This document shows, one piece after another, positions 28,161-38,232 of a stretch of DNA of 59,683 nucleotides. The stretch comes from a virus. Lineage: Duplodnaviria > Caudoviricetes. How positions within the stretch are numbered: the stretch's first letter is position 1; each line of letters opens with the position of its first letter. Under the pieces are notes generated by a model. It saw nothing but the letters and a program-made list of their open reading frames with translations. It did no database searches and was not told the origin of the DNA. The stretch covers positions 1-59,683 of IMG/VR virus record IMGVR_UViG_3300046806_000084. One strand, given 5' to 3'. Made by a program: the position numbers and the translations under genes.

Positions 28161-28927
28161 TATCTATAATTTTTCATAAACATATCTAACATACTCATTA
28201 TATCTGGATCAGCAGCGCCTTGTAATTGTTGATCTTGTATAGTTGGAGCTTTTGGCTCTGGAATCATAACACTTTGCATTTTAGAATAAGGAGAAGTCAT
28301 TTCGTCTTCTCCTTGTTTATATACAGGAGATAAAGCGTTAACAATTCCTGATGCAGCAGTACCAAATGCACTTAAAGCTCCTTGTTGTTGTTTAATTCTA
28401 GCCATCTCAGCGGCCATAGCAGCTTTTTGAGCTCCTGATGCTTTATCTAAGTAAAGTCTACCAATAGCATCGGCAGTCTGTCCTTTTTCGTTTGCTTGAG
28501 CGACATCTAAATTATAAAGCCTATCAGCTAATTGATTTGTAACGGTATTTGCTTGTTCATTAGTCACCTCGTTTACTCGGCCAACACCTCCAACTAACGC
28601 CCTTAAATCAGCCTCTTTTAAGGCACTTAATGCTTGCATTTGTTGAGCTGTATTTTCTTTTAGAGCTTCGTTATAAGCCTTTACAGGTACCTGAACTGCT
28701 CCTAAAAAGTTTTTTTCTATCTCTCGTTCAGCACGAGCCGCAGATTCTTGAGCTATCCTATCAGCTTCTCTTTTTGCTGCTGCCTGCTTACCAGCCTCTA
28801 TAAGAGACACGGCCCCTCCTGCAACAGCTCCAATAGCCGTACCCCAACCTGGCATAACTGCTGTTCCTGCTGCTGCTCCTTTTGCTGCTCCTTGTGCTGC
28901 TCCTGCTTCTGCTGTTCCTGCTCCCAT
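28160..28927 (-). CDS. Small ejection (pilot-like) protein
   Basis: G/A-rich hydrophobic N-terminus (PGWGTAIGAVAGG) followed by coiled coil. Confidence 0.7.
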   Translation of the reverse strand: MGAGTAEAGAAQGAAKGAAAGTAVMPGWGTAIGAVAGGAVSLIEAGKQAAAKREADRIAQESAARAEREIEKNFLGAVQVPVKAYNEALKENTAQQMQALSALKEADLRALVGGVGRVNEVTNEQANTVTNQLADRLYNLDVAQANEKGQTADAIGRLYLDKASGAQKAAMAAEMARIKQQQGALSAFGTAASGIVNALSPVYKQGEDEMTSPYSKMQSVMIPEPKAPTIQDQQLQGAADPDIMSMLDMFMKNYR

Positions 28928-28929
28928 AC

Positions 28930-29325
28930 TTATATGTTTTTTACGTATTCCTTAATGTTTTTATTTGTAATAAAGAAGTTAGACTCTATTAACGATTTAT
29001 CTATAAAGCTATTGCTAGTTATTGTAAATAAAAGTTTATAACCTGTGTACTGTAAAAATTTAGAAACTGAATCTAAGCCAAAAGTTAAAGCCCCTTCTCT
29101 TTCTTTTTTTGATGCTTTTTTATTACCAGTAATAAATCCTATCCAACAAAAATTTGAATCTGACAAGTACAATGGTATTGCATAAACCTCTTGATTTTCA
29201 TGATAAACCACAACTATATTTTCAGGCAATGCATCTATACTTAAGACTGGAAATTCCCAGTCAATCCACCATTGTTTTATGGTTTCGTAAAAATCTACCT
29301 TGTTTAATACCTTGTAACTTTTCAT
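28930..29325 (-). CDS. GNAT-like protein (T7 gp13-like position)
   Basis: 131 aa between tail and ejection genes, alpha/beta pattern. Confidence 0.55.
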   Translation of the reverse strand: MKSYKVLNKVDFYETIKQWWIDWEFPVLSIDALPENIVVVYHENQEVYAIPLYLSDSNFCWIGFITGNKKASKKEREGALTFGLDSVSKFLQYTGYKLLFTITSNSFIDKSLIESNFFITNKNIKEYVKNI

Positions 29326-29344
29326 TTTACAAAGATACTAAAAA

Positions 29345-30091
29345 TTATGGATAACTTTTAAATAGATCCGACTGAACAGAGAAAAGCTCTACCCTTGTTG
29401 GTTTTCTTACTGTTAATTTAAACTGCATGTAGTACCCTAGCTGAGGATAAGACTCAGCTATAGAGTTCTTTATAAACAACAAGAAGTTACCATTACTAGG
29501 TATTGATCCAAAAGGAATTGTAGTATCTATGGTTACATCTGTTCCAGAAATAGAGGTTATCTTGCCTAATAATAAAGGAGATCCAGTGTTATTCTTGTAC
29601 ATCAAATCACCTACGCTCATTATGCTTCCAACAGCAAAACCAAACGTTAGAACAACCGCAGAAGGAACAGCAGAATTTACATTCAACACAGATCCTACAC
29701 CCTGAGCTGACCTCATGTTTATAGTTAAGTCATTACCGTTTCTTCTTATAAAAGAATAAAACAATCCTTCCTTGTTATCAAACCAATCCTTGTCTACGAA
29801 TCCACTTGTTATGTTTGTGTTTATAACAGCATCCCAAGCACTATTACCATTTAAGCATAATGTCTTGTAGTTCTTAACATCAAGCGTGCTATCGTTAAAA
29901 GCAGATGTTACCGTTGAATCGTAATAAACTCCATAGAATTTATTTCTATCTACATTTGCATTATGCTGATACAGGTTACCTCCTTTAAAAGTATAGAGGT
30001 AGCTGTTCATTCCTAAAATCTTCTCAGGAATAAAGGAGTAGAACGAAGTCCATCCCTGTGTAAAGTTACTATATGTTAGTGTTTTTGCCAT
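29345..30091 (-). CDS. Tail-associated structural protein (nozzle C-terminal-like)
   Basis: 248 aa, WTSFYSF motif, follows the large tail protein. Confidence 0.6.
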   Translation of the reverse strand: MAKTLTYSNFTQGWTSFYSFIPEKILGMNSYLYTFKGGNLYQHNANVDRNKFYGVYYDSTVTSAFNDSTLDVKNYKTLCLNGNSAWDAVINTNITSGFVDKDWFDNKEGLFYSFIRRNGNDLTINMRSAQGVGSVLNVNSAVPSAVVLTFGFAVGSIMSVGDLMYKNNTGSPLLLGKITSISGTDVTIDTTIPFGSIPSNGNFLLFIKNSIAESYPQLGYYMQFKLTVRKPTRVELFSVQSDLFKSYP

Positions 30092-30092
30092 G

Positions 30093-33000
30093 TTATATAC
30101 AATCTCCGTTTATACTTAGTATTGGTCCTCCAGATGTTGCACCAATAGCGCAAAATGTAAGTGTTGTGTCTACAAAAATTTCTTGAGGATCTCCAGCGCA
30201 ATCCGTGTAGTACACCATTCCTGGGAATCCATCAGCGCTAGCGGTCCATTCTAAGCAATCAATAGGAGGCACATCGCATTCGTCTCCATACTCAATTGTT
30301 AAAGCAGGAATTACAGAAGGTATAAGCAACTCAATACTTCCTGGTATTACACAAACTCCGTCTCCTAAGTTTACCTCGTAAGCCATTGGCATTTCAGGTG
30401 TTGCGTTAGCAGGTATAGGAACAAGTATTTCTTGACGTTCTTTATCACAATCTAAGTAACTAAATGAAGCGTCAAAATCTCCAGCCCCTTTAAACGTACC
30501 TCCAGACCAAGTTGTACATGCTTCACAATCTGGGCATGATACAGGGTCTAGTAATACACCAGATAATTGTTGTCTGTAAGTACCTCCTAACTGATACCAT
30601 CCATCGTCAGCAAGTGCTGTTAAATTAGAATCAGTGAACACAGCTGTAGCTCCTGAAAACGTACTAGAATTAATGTAGTAATCTAAAGGCTCTGTACAAT
30701 TACAGCACACATCGTATTCATCCACGTCGCTATAACAAAGAGAAACTCTATTAGATATCCTTAAATCCCATACCAAGTATAAGTAAACTCCAGTATAATC
30801 AAAGTCATTTATAACTGCCTGATACGTTCCTGTCGAAGGATTTGTTATAGGTGTTACATCATTAAGTAAAGGTATTAATGAAGGCACATCGTAAAGAGTA
30901 TTTGAAACTAAATACTTAAATGAATTTGAAGGATCAAAATCATAAGTATCTCCAGCTTCTTTAACAGAAACTAACGCTATATCACTACCTATTGCAGGTA
31001 TTGTTCCTTCTGAAGTAAGTCCGCTTACTAACTCGTAAAGAGAAACACCAGTAGAACTTAGGTTTATAAATTCAATGTCGTAAGGGCTTAAATCAGCTCC
31101 AAGAGACCATCTGTATTTTGTATGAGTTGTTAAACCTTGAGATGCTGGTGAATTAAGAACAACCTTAACCACAGTCAAAGGCTCAAGCTCTGGACATGGA
31201 GAAGATATTGTAAATGTAGCATTATTAGGTATTACAGTAATTCTTGCTAACTCTGGTTCAAATGATGTTTTATCAAACACAACCTCAGAATCTTCATCTA
31301 TTTTTTCGTTAAAAATAATAACATCATTATACTCAACAAGTAAATTCAAGTCACCATCCGTAACCTCTACATTGAATGTTACCTGTCCTATTGTTTTACC
31401 TAAATTTACATAGTAAGTACTCTCCTCACTGCTATTGTATTTTGAAACAACACTACCGCAAGGTACTTCATCATCAGGAACTGGTAATAACTCATCCTTC
31501 AAGGATAAAACGTACTCACTCATGTAAGGATCGTATCCACCTATTTTTAGATTATTTAATGAGTTTTTAAATTCATCTCTAAACCAGTGTTTCATACCTA
31601 AATCAGATATAAAAGCTAGCTGATCAGAGTTATAAGAACCTCCTCTTAAGTTTAATACAGCAGATCTCTTTACATCTGTAAAGAAAATCTCTGGGCCATA
31701 AACAGAAAAACTATCTGGATTGTTGCTTATTCCATTCTCCTCTATTCTTGATATCTGAGTACCTAAAACCTCTGGTATAGAAGTTATTGCTCCACCTCCA
31801 GCTGCGTCAGATAGTAAGTTTTTTCCTTGTAACACGTAAGAAATCTTGTCCTCCTGAAGAACAAGAAGGTCTGTTTTTCTTCCGTATAATATCTCTATAC
31901 TACCAAATACTTTTTCTAAGTCTCTGTAGTTAGCTAGAGCTAAGTTGTATTCATTTAACTTATTTATGTTCGTGTCTTGATTATATATACCGCTGTACGT
32001 TATTGAAGCGTATCTATGAGCTGACCTGTAGTCCTCCTGAGAAACAGCCGTAACTCTACTGCCTATATAAAAAGGAGCACCTACTAAAGAATCTCCAATC
32101 TTATAGCTCTCGCATCCATTTCCAAAAGAGAAGCAGTTAAAGAAGTCAAGATTAGAAACAGCTGAACCAAGAGCAGACGGTTGATTAGAAACGTTACCCT
32201 GATGTAATCCGTTTACAATATCAAATACCTGATCATTTTCATAAAATATTTCACCATTAGCTTCTGCAGGCTCTGTTTCAAAAATAAACGAAGAAGTAGC
32301 TTGCTGTATATTTATGTATCCATACAAATCGGAGCTCTTTCCACTACATTTAGGCGTTCCACTTCTTAAAACAAGGAAAAGCCTTCCGTCTTTTGGGTTT
32401 GCTGTGTTGTTACCAATATAACCCTCTGCGAATTGATATTGATTAACGCTGCTTATTATAGGTACAGATCCAGATGGTCTGTAATTAGTTATTACAGATG
32501 TCTGAACATTTGTATTAACTGTGTCGTCGTCTCCAGAACTAACCCCGTTGGTAAGGTCTATTTGTTGTCCCTGTATAAAGTCATAAAAGCTATTATAATC
32601 CTGATTTGATACAAAGTTTTTATCGTAATCATAAATCCTTGATCCACATCTATTTCCTGCACCATTTCTTTTAAATTGGATTCTTATTGTAATTAAAGAT
32701 CCAGCTGGAATAGGTATAGGCATGTATGGTTGATTGCCAGGATCTACAGGTAGCGTGCTATCGTATTCTGGATTATCCTGAAAAAAAGGCATTTGAGCTA
32801 TAGTATAAGAATCATAAAAACTTACAATTGGTATTGATATAAAAGAATTTTCAAGATAAGTAGCCTGAAAATTAGAAGCCTTTAATTTCATATAGGTACC
32901 TGCTGGCTCTAAAGCACCTCCACTTATAAAACCACTAGACTTAGCCTCTATATCTAAAACCTTTGTTGTTACCAAACTATTTAAAACTCCAGAAGAGTCT

Positions 33001-34988
33001 TTTTTTACTATAAGTCTTTGATCGTTTCTTACCTTACTTCTGTTGTCTCCATCTAGTTTAAACCAAGTATAACCATCGTTATCTACGAAGAATATATTAC
33101 AAAAAATAGTTTCGTAATCTGCTTTTGAAGGCTTTAATACAAACTCGTATTTTTTAGCCCAAGACGGAGCGATATTATTTACCTTTACCTGCAAGAAGTT
33201 TCTAGAGTCTGATGTAGATGCTGGAAAAAATACCGTGTTATTTGTTACGGTTAAAGCAGTGCTTCTTCTGCTGTAATCATCCATATAAACTATAGCTAGC
33301 TCATAATCCCTGTTACTATGTAAGCTTTTCTTGCTACCAGGATTTGTTATATAAGCCTCTGTAGAAACATTTTCAAAGTACTCATAAGCATAATTCATCA
33401 CTGTAGAAGGATATTCTACAAAGAACTCCATAGCTGGAACCTGAATACCTAATACATTTGATCCATTAGCTACTGATATTTCAAATCCTCCATCGTTATT
33501 AGATATACCACTACCTGTTTTAGTCCATGCTGGAACACCTGCTGATATTTGTTTAGTGACAAGAGAACAGTTAAATAAATCGGTAAAAGACAATCCTTCA
33601 GAGCAATTAGATATAGTTTGATGTGTGTATAAGGCATCTATAAAACTTTGGTCTGTACCTAAATCAAAAACACTTGTATAATCCCTAGGGAATGTGTAGT
33701 AGAATATCTCTTGAAATATATTTATTGGGGCTCCAGTAGGATATAAAGAACTTCCGCTAAACCTGTTATGTATTAAATTAAAGTCTATAGTCAATGTATA
33801 ACCTTCTTTTAATTCAGCGTTAGACAGGTCTATATTTATTTTAGAATTATCTATAGTGCTTACAAATGAAGGATCTATACTATAAGGAGCCCCGCTTGTT
33901 TCTGTTAAATTAAATCTATCAACACTTATAGGTTCGCTAAGTCCTTTTACATCATAATCTAAATTTACATCAATATCGTAACCGTCGACATAGTTACCGT
34001 AAAAAATTCTATTACCCATTGTTGTTTGGGCTTTAGATACTAATGGTACGTTGTCATAAAGTCTTAGTAGTTCGCTTTCTGGTAAAACAGTGTATATCTT
34101 TTTGTTATTAAATAATACCTCTTGAGTAGTATTACTAGCCCATCCTTGCTCTTCTTTATCGTACTTTTCTATAACATTCACGATGCTAGATGTTGAATAC
34201 TTAAAGCAAACATCAACGCCTACAACATTATCGTCACCAGTATCAAAAGAGACTCTAACTGTGTTAAGTAGATTCTCCATACCAGTGTTTTTGTATGTAG
34301 AGTAGTCAATATTAAATGGACCTGGTTCGAATGCTATATCTGTAAACTTAGATAGAGCACTGTATTCTCCGTCTAGGTATTTATACCTATAAGAGAAAGA
34401 AATAAATTTATCCGTTATATAGTTTTCCTCTCCAGCAACATTAAATAATTGAATGATAGGAGCTTCTGTTGGAGGCGCTACAATTACATTAATATCCTCC
34501 TCTGTTATTTGATCAGTAGGATTAGGAAAGGGATAAGCTCTTTTTACGTTTATCTTTCTAGGAGGGTTTAAGTTGTCCGTCCAAAACAATAAGTCGTCTA
34601 TTAAGTTTATTCCGTTTATTCTGTACTTCTTATCGAAATTTAAAACGCTAACTGACTTTACGTGGTACTTAAGTGTTTGTGTTCCAATATTGTAAGATAC
34701 AATCATGTCAGTGGCACCTGGATCAGCAATGAACCAGTATATAGTTTCATTTGCACCATCCTCAAGAGCGCCTATACATTCTGCGTTTCCTGTAAGACCA
34801 GGGATAAAGGTTAGTTGTGAGTTACCTAAAGCGTTTTCAATAGCACCCATACTGCTTAATTCAGTTGAGCCTATTCTTATGTTTAATGCATCAATATATT
34901 CCCCATCTGGTAAAAGTCTCTCATCGACAGACTTGTTCATTTTACCACCGATAAATGTTACGACTTCGTTTGTATTTGAACCTGCCAT
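30093..34988 (-). CDS. Tail nozzle/stabilisation protein
   Basis: 1631 aa, beta-rich, MNKSVDERLLPDGEYIDALN N-terminus, Cys-rich C-terminal domains. Confidence 0.7.
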   Translation of the reverse strand: MAGSNTNEVVTFIGGKMNKSVDERLLPDGEYIDALNIRIGSTELSSMGAIENALGNSQLTFIPGLTGNAECIGALEDGANETIYWFIADPGATDMIVSYNIGTQTLKYHVKSVSVLNFDKKYRINGINLIDDLLFWTDNLNPPRKINVKRAYPFPNPTDQITEEDINVIVAPPTEAPIIQLFNVAGEENYITDKFISFSYRYKYLDGEYSALSKFTDIAFEPGPFNIDYSTYKNTGMENLLNTVRVSFDTGDDNVVGVDVCFKYSTSSIVNVIEKYDKEEQGWASNTTQEVLFNNKKIYTVLPESELLRLYDNVPLVSKAQTTMGNRIFYGNYVDGYDIDVNLDYDVKGLSEPISVDRFNLTETSGAPYSIDPSFVSTIDNSKINIDLSNAELKEGYTLTIDFNLIHNRFSGSSLYPTGAPINIFQEIFYYTFPRDYTSVFDLGTDQSFIDALYTHQTISNCSEGLSFTDLFNCSLVTKQISAGVPAWTKTGSGISNNDGGFEISVANGSNVLGIQVPAMEFFVEYPSTVMNYAYEYFENVSTEAYITNPGSKKSLHSNRDYELAIVYMDDYSRRSTALTVTNNTVFFPASTSDSRNFLQVKVNNIAPSWAKKYEFVLKPSKADYETIFCNIFFVDNDGYTWFKLDGDNRSKVRNDQRLIVKKDSSGVLNSLVTTKVLDIEAKSSGFISGGALEPAGTYMKLKASNFQATYLENSFISIPIVSFYDSYTIAQMPFFQDNPEYDSTLPVDPGNQPYMPIPIPAGSLITIRIQFKRNGAGNRCGSRIYDYDKNFVSNQDYNSFYDFIQGQQIDLTNGVSSGDDDTVNTNVQTSVITNYRPSGSVPIISSVNQYQFAEGYIGNNTANPKDGRLFLVLRSGTPKCSGKSSDLYGYINIQQATSSFIFETEPAEANGEIFYENDQVFDIVNGLHQGNVSNQPSALGSAVSNLDFFNCFSFGNGCESYKIGDSLVGAPFYIGSRVTAVSQEDYRSAHRYASITYSGIYNQDTNINKLNEYNLALANYRDLEKVFGSIEILYGRKTDLLVLQEDKISYVLQGKNLLSDAAGGGAITSIPEVLGTQISRIEENGISNNPDSFSVYGPEIFFTDVKRSAVLNLRGGSYNSDQLAFISDLGMKHWFRDEFKNSLNNLKIGGYDPYMSEYVLSLKDELLPVPDDEVPCGSVVSKYNSSEESTYYVNLGKTIGQVTFNVEVTDGDLNLLVEYNDVIIFNEKIDEDSEVVFDKTSFEPELARITVIPNNATFTISSPCPELEPLTVVKVVLNSPASQGLTTHTKYRWSLGADLSPYDIEFINLSSTGVSLYELVSGLTSEGTIPAIGSDIALVSVKEAGDTYDFDPSNSFKYLVSNTLYDVPSLIPLLNDVTPITNPSTGTYQAVINDFDYTGVYLYLVWDLRISNRVSLCYSDVDEYDVCCNCTEPLDYYINSSTFSGATAVFTDSNLTALADDGWYQLGGTYRQQLSGVLLDPVSCPDCEACTTWSGGTFKGAGDFDASFSYLDCDKERQEILVPIPANATPEMPMAYEVNLGDGVCVIPGSIELLIPSVIPALTIEYGDECDVPPIDCLEWTASADGFPGMVYYTDCAGDPQEIFVDTTLTFCAIGATSGGPILSINGDCI

Positions 34989-35906
34989 CTACTTTATCCA
35001 CTTGTTTTGACCTCTTAGGTTCATTAATAACCTTCCTGGGTGCATATTACTAATTCTTATTTTTGCGTTTCTTAAAAGGGCTGTTTTGTCTTTCTTAGCT
35101 CTATTCACCACGTACTCATTAATTCCTGTCTTGTTATTTAAAAGAGCGTACTTAACGTATGCGTATATGTAATCCTCAAAAAGCTTGTTCACACTCACTT
35201 TAGAATCGTCGCCTCCTTCCATACCGTCAGATATGTATTCTAAAACGCATAGTTCGTCAGCCATGTCTGAGCTAAAATTTATAACACCGTTAGCCTTGTC
35301 AATATTATATGTAGGGTTAGCGTTTGCAGTTTCTGTGTTCAATCCAAATCTAGCACCAACCTTGTAATCAAAAACCCAGTTACCATCAATAGACCATCCA
35401 TACTTACCGTAAAAAGGACCTCCACCTAGATAAATTGTTTTGTTTTTCTTGGTAATCCTGTCATAATCTAATATAGACGTACCCTCAAGTATATCTCCAT
35501 TATGATCAAACAAGACGTTGCCGACATTATCTTGAAGATAACTGTTACTAGACATCACCTGTATATTCTCAGATAAAGGTCTTAGTACACCGTCTTTGTA
35601 AATAGAAATCCTAGCGTAGTTCACGTAGTCTGGAGGTAAAATAAATCTCAAGTCTTCACTTACACTCATCTCAAGGACTTTAATTTCCTTCATTGCGTCG
35701 TAGTTCAACTCCTGAATACCTCTTTTTGCATGAAATAAAACGTTATATTTACTTACGTTATTTATAAGTTTGTCATTACCAACATACATCAACATAAAAT
35801 TATTGACAATATCTCCTAATGATGTGTACTGGTAGTTACCCCAGTTTTGGTCCTGAGGTGATACACCAGAATTTTCGTAGTATTGGTATCCGTTTAAATA
35901 CGCCAT
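34989..35906 (-). CDS. Head-tail adaptor/ring structural protein
   Basis: 305 aa, position after capsid genes. Confidence 0.6.
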   Translation of the reverse strand: MAYLNGYQYYENSGVSPQDQNWGNYQYTSLGDIVNNFMLMYVGNDKLINNVSKYNVLFHAKRGIQELNYDAMKEIKVLEMSVSEDLRFILPPDYVNYARISIYKDGVLRPLSENIQVMSSNSYLQDNVGNVLFDHNGDILEGTSILDYDRITKKNKTIYLGGGPFYGKYGWSIDGNWVFDYKVGARFGLNTETANANPTYNIDKANGVINFSSDMADELCVLEYISDGMEGGDDSKVSVNKLFEDYIYAYVKYALLNNKTGINEYVVNRAKKDKTALLRNAKIRISNMHPGRLLMNLRGQNKWIK

Positions 35907-35909
35907 ATC

Positions 35910-36605
35910 TTATCCTTGTACTTGTTGATTCTTTAATTCTTCGTTATTACCAAATGTATTAACCTCCATCTCTCTAATAGATAATCCAGCAAACTCTAGT
36001 ATTTTAGAAACCAATAAAGGTTCATCAGTTAAAGGAAGCTCAAAGTCTTGGTAGTCATTAGCTGACTGATCAAACAATGGCTCACCTCCTACTATGTTTG
36101 TGTATGTCCACTTAGGGTCTCTTGGGTATCTTATATACTGAAGAGATACACCAGATGTTATAGTTGTTGGATAAACAGTAGCTAATGTACCGTTTAAAAC
36201 ATAGGCAGGATATAGTGTACTAGGTGCAGTAAGGTTTGATGAATTAAGATATAAAATCTTATCAGCAGTAACCTTATCAATCTCTTTATTTGCATATCTT
36301 AAACTATTAATGTAGTAGCAGTCTGTAGGAATTGCAAAGTTAGAAGTTGTAGGCACAGGTGTTAATGCGTTAACAACAGACAAACCATCTATTACATTTT
36401 CAATGTTTCTTACAATATCAGAAAGACCTGAACCAGATTGTCTAACGTTCTGCTTTATAATCCATAAATTATACTGGTAAAAGTAGTCCTCGAAAATAGA
36501 AAGCTGAGCCTGCTTTGCAAATAAATTAAAATCCTCTGGTGTAATGTAACCAAAGTTATTCTTATTAGCGGCAGACATTACAGTAGCTCTTACTGAATTA
36601 ATCAT
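35910..36605 (-). CDS. Head-tail adaptor/ring structural protein
   Basis: 231 aa, position after capsid genes. Confidence 0.6.
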   Translation of the reverse strand: MINSVRATVMSAANKNNFGYITPEDFNLFAKQAQLSIFEDYFYQYNLWIIKQNVRQSGSGLSDIVRNIENVIDGLSVVNALTPVPTTSNFAIPTDCYYINSLRYANKEIDKVTADKILYLNSSNLTAPSTLYPAYVLNGTLATVYPTTITSGVSLQYIRYPRDPKWTYTNIVGGEPLFDQSANDYQDFELPLTDEPLLVSKILEFAGLSIREMEVNTFGNNEELKNQQVQG

Positions 36606-36621
36606 ATTTAAAAAGTTTTTA

Positions 36622-36664
36622 CAAAGATACTAAAAAAAAAGCACCCTAAAATAGAGCGCTTATT
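36622..36664 (-). promoter_or_regulatory. Terminator-promoter module, copy 1
   Basis: Hairpin AAGCGCTCTA/TAGGGTGCTT, then T tract, then TATCTTTG. Confidence 0.7.
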
Positions 36665-36685
36665 TCTGTAATAGTGTAAAAGGCG

Positions 36686-36976
36686 TTACGCAACAGTAAT
36701 TCCTGAAACAGCGAATGGTAAGTTTACCACGTCGTAAGCAACCTTAGTCCAACCTTCTTCTAATGAAGCGATAACAGCGTTTTGAATTGCATCACGCATA
36801 GCTTCGTTTCCAGATCCTGCTGTTGCGTGAGTGATAGTTACAACGTCTGTTGCTGTGCTTGCTTTGTAATGAACGTGAACAGTTGTTGTTGATTCCTGCT
36901 CAATCAATACAATTCCTGTAGCCGAAAGAATTTGAGTTTGTTCGTTTGTTACAGGGATTCTTAAAAATTTTTCCAT
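36686..36976 (-). CDS. Small structural protein (decoration-like), duplicate A
   Basis: 96 aa, highly similar to 37048-37338. Confidence 0.8.
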   Translation of the reverse strand: MEKFLRIPVTNEQTQILSATGIVLIEQESTTTVHVHYKASTATDVVTITHATAGSGNEAMRDAIQNAVIASLEEGWTKVAYDVVNLPFAVSGITVA

Positions 36977-37008
36977 TTTTTTTATTTTTTAACGTTAATA
37001 ATATTTTG

Positions 37009-37049
37009 CAAAGATAATAAAAAAAACACCTTCAAATGTAGTGCTTATT
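37009..37049 (-). promoter_or_regulatory. Terminator-promoter module, copy 2 (hairpin degenerate)
   Basis: Same layout with a mismatched hairpin; TATCTTTG intact. Confidence 0.6.
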
Positions 37050-37338
37050 ATGCAATCGTGATCCCAGATACTGGAAATGGTAATCCTACTACATCATAAG
37101 CAACCTTAGTCCAACCTTCTTCTAACGAAGCAATTACTGCGTTTTCAAATGCATCACGCATAGACTCGTCTTCAGACCCTCTTGTAGCGTGTGTAATAGT
37201 CACAACATCTGTTGCGGTTGTTGACTTGTAGTGGATTTGAACGGTAGTTGGTGAATGCTGCTCAATCAACACAATTCCTGTAGCCGATACTAGCTGAGTT
37301 TGTTCGTTTGTTACAGGGATTCTTAAAAATTTTTCCAT
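37048..37338 (-). CDS. Small structural protein (decoration-like), duplicate B
   Basis: 96 aa MEKFLRIPVTNEQTQ..., paralog of 36686-36976. Confidence 0.8.
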   Translation of the reverse strand: MEKFLRIPVTNEQTQLVSATGIVLIEQHSPTTVQIHYKSTTATDVVTITHATRGSEDESMRDAFENAVIASLEEGWTKVAYDVVGLPFPVSGITIA

Positions 37339-37347
37339 TTTTTTTTG

Positions 37348-37390
37348 CAAAGATAATAAAAAAAAGCACCCTAAAATAGAGTGCTTATTT
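37348..37390 (-). promoter_or_regulatory. Terminator-promoter module, copy 3
   Basis: Hairpin AAGCACTCTA/TAGGGTGCTT, then T tract, then TATCTTTG. Confidence 0.7.
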
Positions 37391-37408
37391 GTAATAATCT
37401 ATAAAAAC

Positions 37409-38155
37409 TTACAGCTTGTTCTCCAGTAATCTTAACACTTCAATACCCTCATCTGATTGTAGGAATGATGTTAAAATAAATAATGGATCCTCACCGAAAG
37501 GAACTGTCAATAATTTTTTCTTGTTCTGAGGTAAATTATAGTAGATGTCCTTGTTGTTATTTCTAAGAGTTAACAAGTTTTGATCTAAAAATTTAGCAGC
37601 AGTATTTTGTAATTCTAGCATTGGATCATTTAAGACCTCTAAGAAATCTTGAGGACTTCTTTTAGCGTAAATTAAAACATCTCTCTTAAGTTCTGCTGTA
37701 GACATCTTGTCAATTTTAGAACCTAATAAAACACGAGCAACAGTTTCTAACTTTTCAATAGTTAAATCCCTTGCAGATAACTGAGCATCTAACTCGTAGT
37801 TTAATTTTTCAATTTCAGAAGAGGCATCCTTTTCAGTGTTTACTTCTTCAAATATTGTACCATTACCAGGATGGTAACTTAAGAACTCTTGCAGAACAGG
37901 ATTGTTTTTAGGAACACTTAATGCTCCATCAACAAATACAATAGGCTCTAAAATTAGATTACCATCTTGCATGTCTTCAAAAGGACTTTTTTGATTTTTA
38001 GCGTATCTTAACGCTCTGTTTGTTTGTTTTGTTTCATCAAAATAAAACAGATTTGATCTGTTCGTGTTTTTAGATGGTAACATGTAGCTCAAAGGTTTGA
38101 ACTTTCTTTTTAAGACATAGATTTTGTCTTCTGAAACTTTTACTGAGTTTTTCAT
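37409..38155 (-). CDS. Hypothetical protein downstream of capsid gene
   Basis: 248-aa ORF. Confidence 0.8.
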   Translation of the reverse strand: MKNSVKVSEDKIYVLKRKFKPLSYMLPSKNTNRSNLFYFDETKQTNRALRYAKNQKSPFEDMQDGNLILEPIVFVDGALSVPKNNPVLQEFLSYHPGNGTIFEEVNTEKDASSEIEKLNYELDAQLSARDLTIEKLETVARVLLGSKIDKMSTAELKRDVLIYAKRSPQDFLEVLNDPMLELQNTAAKFLDQNLLTLRNNNKDIYYNLPQNKKKLLTVPFGEDPLFILTSFLQSDEGIEVLRLLENKL

Positions 38156-38182
38156 TTGATCTGATTTAATTTATTGTAATTT

Positions 38183-38222
38183 AAAAAATAACTTAGGGTG
38201 ACGATTTGCCACCCCAAGTCTT
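38183..38222 (-). terminator. Rho-independent terminator after capsid gene
   Basis: ACTTGGGGTGGC-AAATC-GTCACCCTAAGT followed by TATTTTTT. Confidence 0.8.
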
Positions 38223-38232
38223 TTATTTAATC

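Noticed and set aside
36686-37338. DGR template/variable repeat pair
   Set aside because: Both copies are intact genes with mostly synonymous differences, and there is no RT
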